A stretch of DNA of 64,000 bases from Lingula anatina (Eukaryota; Animalia; Brachiopoda): NCBI GenBank assembly GCA_051362555.1, contig CM120644.1, forward strand, positions 17,630,534 to 17,694,533, given 5' to 3'. The notes beneath the pieces were generated by a model, which did no database searches, was not told where the DNA came from, and saw only the letters and a list, made by a program, of their open reading frames with translations. The translations under genes and the position numbers were made by a program. Below are positions 51,101-64,000 of this stretch, one piece after another; position 1 is the first letter of the stretch; each line of letters opens with the position of its first letter.

Positions 51101-51207
51101 TCCAGCTCCCGATCCGAGAAGCCATGGGGGTGCATGCATCTTCTCCAAGTTCGACTGGGAGGTTTTTGGATGGTGTAGACTGAGAGATCTTCCTCATCGG
51201 ACTCCAT
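414..51207 (-). CDS. ADCY: Transmembrane adenylate cyclase (class III), whole spliced model, 15 exons in window, 3'-partial (C2 domain outside window)
   Basis: Exons 51207-50626, 27197-27048, 25406-25288, 24783-24672, 24298-24171, 18209-18051, 17541-17400, 7426-7253, 4605-4562, 3039-2901, 2142-2045, 1597-1513, 1313-1218, 1009-756, 534-414 join in frame (2403 nt, 801 codons). Diagnostic motifs: [73 protein letters not shown]. Subtype looks invertebrate ADCY5/6-like, from memory only and unverified. Confidence 0.97.
756..1009 (-). CDS. ADCY: Adenylate cyclase exon 14 (M2)
   Basis: ccttccag|FFCEGG...[43 protein letters not shown]...[10 protein letters not shown](G)|gtgaga; C..P.Y and FL....L.K patterns typical of AC M2; 254 nt, phase 0-2. 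Confidence 0.93.
1218..1313 (-). CDS. ADCY: Adenylate cyclase exon 13 (M2)
   Basis: attccag|[32 protein letters not shown]|gtaagt; 96 nt, phase 0-0. Confidence 0.92.
1513..1597 (-). CDS. ADCY: Adenylate cyclase exon 12 (M2)
   Basis: tttcag|(R)[28 protein letters not shown]|gtgaga; 85 nt, phase 2-0. Confidence 0.92.
2045..2142 (-). CDS. ADCY: Adenylate cyclase exon 11 (M2 start)
   Basis: caacag|[32 protein letters not shown](R)|gtgagt; 98 nt, phase 0-2. Confidence 0.92.
2399..2612. mobile_element. PIF/Harbinger-type MITE (25-bp perfect TIR, TTA TSD)
   Basis: TTA|GATCGCATTCACAACGAGTTGAGCC...GGCTCAACTCGTTGTGAATGCGATC|TTA; extra internal hairpin at about 2422-2509. Confidence 0.9.
2636..2876. 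mobile_element. PIF/Harbinger-type MITE
   Basis: CTA|GGGCTCATTCCCAATGAAA...TTTCATTGGCAATGGGCCC|TTA; core shared with 46297-46522. Confidence 0.82.
2901..3039 (-). CDS. ADCY: Adenylate cyclase exon 10 (C1b)
   Basis: tttccag|(R)[46 protein letters not shown]|gtaaca; matches the conserved AI.ARS...TL.F....E C1b pattern; phase 2-0. Confidence 0.93.
4562..4605 (-). CDS. ADCY: Adenylate cyclase exon 9 (44-nt C1b exon)
   Basis: attccag|[14 protein letters not shown](R)|gtaaga; phase 0-2, exactly the phase change needed to join exon 8 to exon 10. Confidence 0.82.
4681..4837 (+). mobile_element. MITE family A, decayed copy
   Basis: Shares TCTAGGTACATGAAG and GAAATTGCTGGCTAC with the young copies; left end approximate. 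Confidence 0.75.
4866..5032 (+). mobile_element. MITE family A, young copy (15-bp TIR, 5-bp TSD)
   Basis: CAGGCCCGTAGCCAG...CTGGCTACGGGCCTG flanked by ATTTA/ATTTA; nearly identical to 20442-20606. Confidence 0.92.
7253..7426 (-). CDS. ADCY: Adenylate cyclase exon 8 (C1b)
   Basis: ttttttccag|[58 protein letters not shown]|gtaagt; 174 nt, phase 0-0; GC-rich island in an AT-rich intron. Confidence 0.88.
8652..8897. mobile_element. Foldback MITE family D
   Basis: Inverted arms of about 85 bp (GGATCGATCTATCTCCC...AAATGTCTGTCACACCTA / TAGGTGTGACAGACATTT...GGGAGTTAGACCGATCC); TTA on both flanks. Confidence 0.8.
10657..10808 (+). mobile_element. MITE family A, decayed copy
   Basis: CAGGCCTGTA start, TACATGAAGGTTTCA core, TTTGAAATTGCTGG end. 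Confidence 0.7.
10923..11428. repeat. Pair of diverged direct repeats of about 105 bp (10923-11026, 11327-11428)
   Basis: TCAAAGGTWACTGGAAA...CATTTCCAGYAAAACAGA...GTAGAG in both copies. Confidence 0.75.
11052..11292. mobile_element. Family D-related foldback with a TCTGAATGCTCCC|TTA end (inverse fragment at about 20701-20790)
   Basis: Shares AATCAGCTTAA-TGTCTG-CACGCC and GGGGTAATTAACTTTC with the 32 kb copies; left end approximate. Confidence 0.65.
12080..12359 (+). mobile_element. MITE family C, decayed
   Basis: CAGGGGCAGATCCA...TTCTGCCACTG; interior (ATTTGGT...CTATGATT...CAAAATTCTAAT...TGGTGTGATTT) shared with 13508-13781. Confidence 0.7.
13508..13781 (+). mobile_element. MITE family C, decayed
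   Basis: CAGGAGTAAATCCAG...ATCCACCACTG; flanks CCTAG/CCTAC. Confidence 0.72.
13969..14218. repeat. Minisatellite, about 51 bp x 5
   Basis: Unit CTGGTTAAAACCCCTGCCAGAAATATGTCTGGTCGTGTTCACTTCATGAAC, head to tail with no spacers. Confidence 0.92.
14560..14815. mobile_element. Foldback MITE family D
   Basis: TAT|GACCCCATTCCCATACCTAGATC...GATCTAGGTATGAGAATGGGATC|TAT; arms pair over about 115 bp. Confidence 0.85.
14890..15312. repeat. Tandem repeat, about 145-152 bp x 3
   Basis: AATCAATACCTG recurs at 15001, 15145 and 15297; TGCAAGCAACTTGAT occurs three times. Confidence 0.9.
16647..16814 (+). mobile_element. MITE family B (168 bp, 5-bp TSD)
   Basis: CAGGGGCGGAT...ATCCGCCCCTG flanked by AAACT/AAACT; second copy at 47178. 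Confidence 0.92.
17400..17541 (-). CDS. ADCY: Adenylate cyclase exon 7 (end of C1a)
   Basis: ttttag|(G)[47 protein letters not shown]|gtaagt; 142 nt, phase 2-0. Confidence 0.96.
17984..18096. repeat. Perfect 52-bp tandem duplication spanning the exon 6 donor
   Basis: TGACATCAT recurs at 17984, 18036 and 18088; units 17984-18035 and 18036-18087 are identical. Confidence 0.95.
18051..18209 (-). CDS. ADCY: Adenylate cyclase exon 6 (C1a)
   Basis: ttttcag|(A)[52 protein letters not shown](G)|gtgagt; 159 nt, phase 2-2. Confidence 0.97.
19111..19361. mobile_element. Long-TIR foldback MITE (CAGGCCT termini, 5-bp TSD)
   Basis: Imperfect arms of about 90 bp; flanks ACCCT/ATCCT. Confidence 0.72.
20442..20606 (+). 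mobile_element. MITE family A, young copy
   Basis: Same TIR, flanked by AGTTA/AGTTA. Confidence 0.92.
24171..24298 (-). CDS. ADCY: Adenylate cyclase exon 5 (C1a, second metal-binding Asp)
   Basis: ctgtag|[42 protein letters not shown](A)|gtgagt; 128 nt, phase 0-2. Confidence 0.97.
24672..24783 (-). CDS. ADCY: Adenylate cyclase exon 4 (C1a, first metal-binding Asp)
   Basis: tttcag|(S)[37 protein letters not shown]|gtaagt; 112 nt, phase 2-0. Confidence 0.97.
24845..24915 (-). promoter_or_regulatory. Candidate internal promoter in cyclase intron 3
   Basis: CAGGAAGT (ETS-like, 24849-24856), TGCGCATGC (NRF1-like, 24872-24880) and CCAAT (24882-24886), lying at the edge of the CpG-rich/CpG-poor transition. 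Confidence 0.4.
25288..25406 (-). CDS. ADCY: Adenylate cyclase exon 3
   Basis: cccag|[39 protein letters not shown](S)|gtaagg; 119 nt, phase 0-2. Confidence 0.96.
25841..26064. mobile_element. Non-autonomous DNA transposon with 8-bp TSD, GG termini and internal tandem repeats (Merlin- or MULE-like)
   Basis: Flanks CTTTTCAA/CTTTCCAA; perfect 28-bp subterminal inverted repeat 25851-25878/26027-26054; interior of 66-bp units built from GGTTCATTGGTCCGAA. Confidence 0.8.
27048..27197 (-). CDS. ADCY: Adenylate cyclase exon 2 (last M1 helix, helical region)
   Basis: tttctag|[50 protein letters not shown]|gtcagt; 150 nt, phase 0-0; absent from the ORF track. Confidence 0.95.
27927..27977. promoter_or_regulatory. 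Cluster of three perfect CRE palindromes (TGACGTCA)
   Basis: TGACGTCA at 27927, 27939 and 27970. The motifs are certain; function is inferred. Confidence 0.45.
28095..28266 (+). mobile_element. MITE family E (GGTGTGACAGGAATGGTAG TIR)
   Basis: GGCGTGACAGGAATGGCAGT...ACTACCATTCCTGCCACACC; homologous to the 56978 and 30236 copies; no clear TSD. Confidence 0.8.
29725..29898 (-). mobile_element. MITE family A, inverted copy
   Basis: CAGGTCCGTAGCCAGCAATTTCAAA...TACGGGCCTG is the reverse complement of the family consensus. Confidence 0.82.
30236..30527 (-). mobile_element. MITE family E, inverted, with an insertion of about 130 bp
   Basis: GTGATAGGAATGGTAG...CTACCATTCCTGTCACACC; colinear with the family except at about 30350-30478. 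Confidence 0.72.
32139..32353. mobile_element. Foldback MITE family D (a further half copy at about 32480-32563)
   Basis: TTA|GGCTCTGTTCTCACA...AGATCGATCTATC...GGGAGTTAGGTCGATCC...TGAGAATGGGG. Confidence 0.75.
33439..33692. mobile_element. Palindromic foldback MITE (CAGGCCT termini, 5-bp TSD)
   Basis: Perfect 27-bp inverted repeat 33471-33497/33621-33647 inside arms of over 100 bp; flanks GCATT/GTATT. Confidence 0.8.
42012..42305. repeat. Degenerate tandem repeat, about 62 bp x 4-5
   Basis: CCTGACA..CAGGGTAACG starts at 42021, 42083, 42144 and 42206. Confidence 0.85.
46297..46522. mobile_element. PIF/Harbinger-type MITE
   Basis: TTA|GGGTGCGTTCACAATT...AATTGCGAACGCACCC|TTG (15/16 TIR match). 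Confidence 0.85.
47178..47345 (+). mobile_element. MITE family B (168 bp)
   Basis: Same TIR and interior; flanks GAATA/CAATA. Confidence 0.9.
49515..49655 (+). mobile_element. MITE family A, 5'-degenerate copy
   Basis: GGTTCGAACCGCCCTTTT...GTCCACTCTGG...TTTGAAATTGCTGGCTACGGACCT; left end approximate. Confidence 0.75.
50626..51207 (-). CDS. ADCY: Adenylate cyclase exon 1 (N-terminus and most of M1)
   Basis: MESDEEDLS...[21 protein letters not shown], hydrophobic helices, ...[24 protein letters not shown]...LLWRQ; donor CAG|GTAAGT at 50625, phase 0. Start codon is the first in-frame ATG and is less certain than the 3' end. Confidence 0.9.
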
Positions 51208-54131
51208 AGCGAAAGCGCTATATGCATCGTACACTGATAGAGCAGCGGGTCTTGGTTCCGATCTCACCCCTGCGAAGCAACCGATTGGCGTAGTAACAGC
51301 AGACGATGAGTGTTTACGGCAATCAATCCTCCACTGCAGAAATATATAGATGCAGACGATTTTGTTTACGACAACCAAAATATCGTCTGCACTGCTATCA
51401 CGATGTTTTCCCTTCAATATGACGTTTCCGATTTCTCGTTGAAGTGTAGTCACCCAAACAAAGGTTAACTCACGACATCCAAAACTCTCTTCAGCATTAT
51501 AACCCCTTAGTCTAACACATGATGATAAACCTCGCGTCTTAAGGTTAAGTCTTCCAAACTGTTTGTGCAGACGGTTGCTCTCTTTCCTTTTCCCCGATCA
51601 GTGGAAGCAGACGATTCTATTTTTAGCATCAGCCGACTGTTTGTTCCTTTTTCTATGAACCAGCGTACTGTAATAACTGCAATATTGAAATAAACTTCTC
51701 TTCTGACCTCAGCGTGAACGCGCAAGGGGACGCTCTCCGTTTATCAGCTGTTAATTAATTGATTTTAAATAGACGTTCCGGCTCACTCTATCCTCTCGCT
51801 CACCTCCAGTTTTATATGCAACAACGGGACGATATAAATAGACCCTGATGTGTGTTGCGTTACAGAAATATGTCCAACGCTTTAGGTTTCACTTGCGGCC
51901 TATCAAAGAGAAGGCAAGCAGTTGTAGTTTTCCCAGCGTAATGTTAAACGCAGCGTTCCGACCACTCTCTCTCTTTTACCGAACAGAGCTCTCGGTGTGT
52001 ATATAGTGTGGTCTCAACTCGATCGTCTGGTGAACTCGTCCATTCTGGCTTCCCTCACCTCGTAATACCTGTCCTCGGAATTGAGGTATTTCTCGTAATT
52101 CCACAGCTTTTCACTGTCCGGCTTAAACAACACTTTTAAGTCTAAGTAAAGCGAGTGCCCATTAACGAGCGTTTACCTATGCGCACCGAACGCAGCAGTT
52201 CTCACGTAACGTTATTAAGCTGCCGGCTGGATCGGCCGATATGCGGCAGCTTTCAGTGCGAATTCCCTCTTTCCACGGGAAACTTTGTGTTCAGTTGAAC
52301 GGCAACAGCCTTCTTTGTTTTCGCTGCCTGCACTCCGTGTTGGCTGCTTGACCTTTTCCGACCTCTGCGTGCAAGCATACCATGTGATCGTAGGGCTATA
52401 TATGTCCATCCTAACTCGGCGCAGCTCTGCTGCACGTCAATCTTACCGCCTTCGACAGAGCTCTGGGTGAGAGTGTCAAAATACTCCCTAACTCGTTTCT
52501 CTCACACAACTACACCAAGGGTGTCGACGAAGAAGGGAGAGGGGCCCCGAAATTGTTTGTTTCCTTTAACAGAGCTCGAGGGCGCTTTTATGTAATATTG
52601 TAAGCCCGTTCTCACGTGGAGCGCCTTGTTCTACGCTATGCTCTCGGATAAAGCAAAGGAGAGAAAGAAAAAACGTTGTACCTGTGTTAAATCATACCAA
52701 ATGGCTGGCTGTCTTACGCAGGGCTTTCATCTGTTTAAAACAATTGCGTAATGGAAATGATTTCGGTTTTGTTACACGCCAAAGCGCAGATACCTGCTCC
52801 ACTATGTGATCGAAAATTGGACAGCAAGGTGAAATTACATGTATCTTCAGCAGAGTTCGGGTGACTTCCCTTGGATCACTTTGCGCAGAGTACAGGTCCT
52901 CGCTGCCGACACCTGTGCACAGCTCTTATCTATCATATCGATACATGAATGAGTGACCACGTAATAAACGGCTCAGGTGCGTTCAGATTTGTGGTGATTG
53001 AGCCCAACGTAAAAACAATCACCTGTCTGTGCCTACCTCGGCGTTTACCTCGAGGTTCACGGGACATCTGGGACAATAGGCTTATAAGTTTTTTTTTAGT
53101 CTCGAGTGCCCTCACAAATTCAGGGATTTCTTTCCCTAATGTTCAAATCGACCGACAATTAATCCCCGGAGAAGTAAGAGAGTGCTGTGATATTTTACTA
53201 AACTGTGCTGGCTGATTGCGCAGCAGATGCTACAGTTGTGAATTGTTAATCGAAGGGTATTTTTCGTTTTCTCAGCTACTAAAATACTAATGAGAATGTG
53301 CGAAAAGAGAAAATGAATTTTTTTTTTAGCATCAGGCATCAGTTTGAATTATCAAAACTGGATAATAAGGAAAGTTAACATCAAAATTGTTAAAGAAAAA
53401 AAAACGAAACATATTTTGACTTTGACAGATTGCACAAAGATTACACGATTTTTAATGTGTTTTGGCAAAGTTTTCCCTTCAGGGCTATCTTCCAAATAAA
53501 CGAATTTACCTAAGTAAAAATATTAATGTAAAATATTTATGTAATACGTAATGGGCGACTACAAATGATATGTTCTAGTCTTATAACTGTACAGTAATCT
53601 GAAACACAACAAAAATAAACTTGTATGATTTAATATAACTCACAAAGCTGATAAAACTTTTAAAGTATTGCGCCGGTGTTAATATATTTTTGCTCAGTGC
53701 AGATGCAACTGAATTATCTAGGACTATACAGAGCGTTCCACTGTCGTCTCATTTTAGCCACAAAGCCACCTGTTTTCCAGATAAAAAATATCTGCATCAT
53801 TTGAAAGAATTCTACAATGTTATTACCGCCTTGAGAGACGAGAGAACAAAAACATTCCGTCCCCGAGATTTGATGACTCAGAAGGTATTAATGACCCGCT
53901 GGCGTTTTCTTTTCTTAACAGTGCCATTTGTCACTCCGTATATTACTGTCCTTGACAGTTGCAATTCTTTTGACAAAAACTCCAGACCCTCACAAGAAAA
54001 TCATTTTCTTAACACGAAGCATTTTGTAATATATTAAATCACCGTAGTTTGTCCAATGCATTGATTTGCCTTATCACAACCAATTTCCCGCCAGTCAGAT
54101 TGGTAAAGATGTGTGTGTGTGTGTGCGTGTG

Positions 54132-54164
<33 letters not shown>

Positions 54165-54647
54165 TTTGGGGGGTGGGGGTAGTCGTTTTCGCAGCGCTGG
54201 GGTCGTTTTCTGTGCTCTCATTACTGTATGTGGGCGTCAAAACGTAAACGTGAATAAATCATTTATGACAGGCTTTGTGGCTATAAGAAAGTTTACCTTG
54301 TCTGCCTCCTGTACTCTTTGGTCATTGTTACTCCTCTCGTATTCTTATCATTTTTTTTTTAATTTTTATTGGGGGTGTGGGTGGAAAGGTCTGCTACATT
54401 GAGCAATCCATGATTTTAAATTGACTTTCTGACTTATGTTATGAACAGCCTTAATTTCTTGCCCGTGGTGTGCGCCCCTACCCTGCCGCTGTATGAAAGA
54501 ATTCGCTCTCTCCCCTCCTAAGTTACCCTGAATTTCATACCTAATTATTTGAAGGATAGTACTACTGTAGTTAACACCGCAGGGAATAGCTTAGACATTT
54601 TGACACAGCGGGTGAATAGAATTTGCTCAGAGAGAAATGTCTCATTT

Positions 54648-54848
54648 CAGGACCGTGGACAGGAGGGGTTCGGAGGGTTCCAACCCCCCCCCCCCCCCCC
54701 CCCCCCCCATTTTGCTGGGAAAAGGTCCCCTTCCCCCCCTCACCCGGGTAAAATTTGATCTAGGTAGGCTGCATGAAGGTTTCATGGTAAAAGGTCCATT
54801 TTATTTTCGAAGAAGAACCCGCTTTTGAAATTGCTGGCTACGGCCCAA
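54648..54848 (+). mobile_element. MITE family A copy with expanded poly-C
   Basis: CAGGACCGTGGACAG...GGGTAAAATTTGATCTAGGTA...GAAATTGCTGGCTACGGCCC. Confidence 0.8.
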
Positions 54849-56351
54849 GTCCACCCAAAAACTGAGGTATATATATATCTTTGCACCTGTGCTTTAGACA
54901 CTGATACCTCAACACAAGTTTCATATATCGTACAATACAAGCATAATATAGTCCACATTTGTCTCCATTAGCCCGTAATCAAATCATCATAAAGAACGTC
55001 ATTGTCCGAATTTATTCGTCCTATACATCTGTACATTGCGCGAAAGGGTAGGATAATATTTACAGTTTTCATATGGCTGTTATGTTGGGGAATTCACCCG
55101 CAAAATATATATTGGTGTCGACTACAGCATACGTGTGTTTATATGATTGTTAGGGGTCACGTGGCATAAAACATGACGTAAGGACCGCAGTTATAAAACC
55201 ACGTCTTCCTGGTTATAGCAAAATTAAAAAAAAAAATGAAGAAGTGCATGTTTTTAATTTCGTTTATTTATTTATATAAAGCGAGAAGAAAAAAATGGAT
55301 TCAAGGCGAGAAAAAGAAAGCTTCCGCAAATTATACCTTTCCTCTCTTTTTTTAAAGTCACTTTTTAGCCACTTTTGCTCAGTTACATAAAATATGGCTT
55401 TGGAGACAAGCGTGGAAATAATGAAGAAGGGAGGAGAAGTGAAAGAGAGACGAGAGGATAGACCAACTTAATAATCGTCGGTAGACTAGAAGCCTAAGTA
55501 TACAGTGGTTTAAGCGATTATAAAAAAATAATAAACGTGGCATTTACGAAAAAATCAAATCTAAATGTAAAATTTCTGAAGGTACATGTAGTGTTTGGTA
55601 GAGTCTGTGCAGTCAGTGAAAGTTTTCACGAAGCAGCTGCGGCGCAAAACATCCTCTCTTTCCTCAAGCAGCGCACTTGTTTTGCTAATAAATGCGAATG
55701 CGTTAGTTGAGTCGTTACCTGTCACATCTGTCACAATGCCTGGTTGAGGAAGAAGGGGGTCGTTGATGTTACTATTTGTAAATGTAATTCTCCTCTGCGA
55801 TTTTGAGTCACAGAATACGATAAATACAACATCTTTTATTTTCAAAATGTACAAAAGAACAGATCATTCATAAAATTAATCTGTGAATGATATTATTCCA
55901 AATTCTCTGTCTCTTTAAAAACTTGTTGTGGTACATTCAAAGCCTGCGATCTAAGCTCAATAGGGACTTTTAAGTTTTTATAAAAACCATAGAAAGCAAT
56001 TGACAATTTTAAGGGCTTTGCTTTTAGTAACACACCAAAATCCTGGGTTTCAGAGTACCGACGTTTCAGAATACCCAGTATACGTTAATTGATAGTTATA
56101 CTATATATATAACTAAGGCTAAAACCAAGTCCCTGCGGCCTTTAAAACTCAGGATGACTTTACGGTAGTCCATCTTAGATAATTACACGCATAAATGTCT
56201 CAAGCGTTTTGTTGTGAAATGTCTACTATTGCATTGTTTTTTTGGTTTATTCCGATGGCAACAAACGCTATTCACTTACAACTTCTTCCAAACTTTAGAC
56301 TCCTGGTGAATGAATATTATGTAAACCTTTGAAGAATAGATTAAGTAATAC

Positions 56352-56357
56352 TTTATT
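56352..56357 (-). terminator. Candidate polyadenylation signal of the kinase gene
   Basis: TTTATT on plus strand = AATAAA on minus strand, 41 nt after the stop codon. Confidence 0.5.
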
Positions 56358-56397
56358 GTATCTTGTCTTGTATATCACCAGACGGTGTTTATCCTTT

Positions 56398-62892
<6,495 letters not shown>

Positions 62893-64000
62893 TATGTCTC
62901 CGACTGTGCCCTCACGGATTGAATACGGGGAAACACTGAAACGAAAGTAGGTTACTGTAATGCGCTGGCTATAGGGGTACATGTAATCTTCTCCCTGGCC
63001 ATAGAGGGCGCTGGTAGTCTGCTACAAAAAGTGAAAAGTAGGGGGGTCGGACTGTTAAAGTGCACCGATTCCCACAGGGCTTCACAGTGTGATTTTGTAT
63101 AGTATTTTTTTCTGGGGGGGGGGGGGGGGGGGGGGGGGTCTGATATCAGAGGGTACATGTTATCTGTGAGGTTTTGTTTTAGGTTCGTTTTCCCGGTAGT
63201 TCATCCATGCTTCTTTGCCTCTCACATGACTGTTAGTCACAGTGAAAACAAAAATAGCGAAGTGGAAAAGTAGGCCTACCTAAACAAATTTGATCAACGC
63301 ATTTCTTTCACTCAATCTGGATAACGACTAATATAGACATTCATACATTCATATAAATACGTGCACTCAAAAACGTACAGTTGATACAGTGTGACAATAT
63401 ACGGTTGAAGGCTAAAACGAAAGTAGGTGAAAAACATTGACATAGCCTACGTACATTTATGCAATGTGTAAATAGGATGAATTTAATGTAGGTTTTTTAG
63501 ACTGAGCAGGCTTGATACAGGCTAGCAATTTATGATTATGAAGAGGTATCATATGCTATTGAATTCATTGCTGATTTGACCTGTTACCTGAATGCCTTTT
63601 TGTACTAGTTGTCTGTGAACGTATAGGCCTATAGCTTGTACTATATATGTAGGCCTGTATACTACATGTATAATAATACTCTCACTGCCCTCTACCAGGC
63701 CCATAGATTGTTTTCGACACACATTTTTAGACTCTGTCCAGCTGGGATTTACGTATGGAAGTTTGTTCACAAAGCTGGCGTCTCATATAGAGTAAATTAC
63801 AATGGCCCTAAAAGTTAAGAGCTAGCTAGAATTTGTAGGCCTACTGCGTGTGGGAGGGCAGCTCGACCCTTGCATTTTACATTGAGGAGAGGGGCCATTT
63901 TTAGGAAAACAAACATTCTTACGACTTTTTATCCCGCTATATCTCCAATGATACGTATATATATGTACGTTTGCTTTAATAACCCGGGACATAGGCCTAC

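Noticed and set aside
50886-51227. 113-aa overlapping alternative-frame ORF in cyclase exon 1
   Set aside because: Expected shadow of a GC-rich coding exon with no motif. Its ATG lies 20 nt upstream of the main ATG and might act as an upstream ORF, but nothing here supports that.

Overview
Eukaryotic genomic DNA, most likely from a marine invertebrate (AT-rich, intron-rich, many microsatellites); the taxon cannot be fixed from sequence alone. I reconstructed two spliced protein-coding genes by hand, both on the minus strand, with all GT-AG junctions in compatible phase. (1) A transmembrane class III adenylate cyclase: 15 exons from ATG 51207 down to 414 (801 codons), covering M1, C1a, C1b and M2; the C2 domain lies beyond the left edge. 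(2) A complete 13-exon gene (62892-56398, 676 aa) encoding an intact Ser/Thr kinase (STK35/PDIK1L-like) fused through a Pro-rich/acidic linker to three Mind bomb-type SH3-like (REP/SH3_15) repeats, with no E3-ligase modules. This architecture is the main novelty candidate. Other signals: a sharp CpG-depleted to CpG-rich boundary at about 24.65 kb inside the cyclase gene, next to NRF1/ETS/CCAAT-like motifs (possible internal promoter); three perfect CRE palindromes within 51 bp in cyclase intron 1; a 52-bp tandem duplication that copies the exon 6 splice donor; and many non-autonomous DNA transposons with 3-, 5- and 8-bp target-site duplications. No rRNA, tRNA, CRISPR or transposase was recognised. 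All counts and coordinates were obtained by eye.
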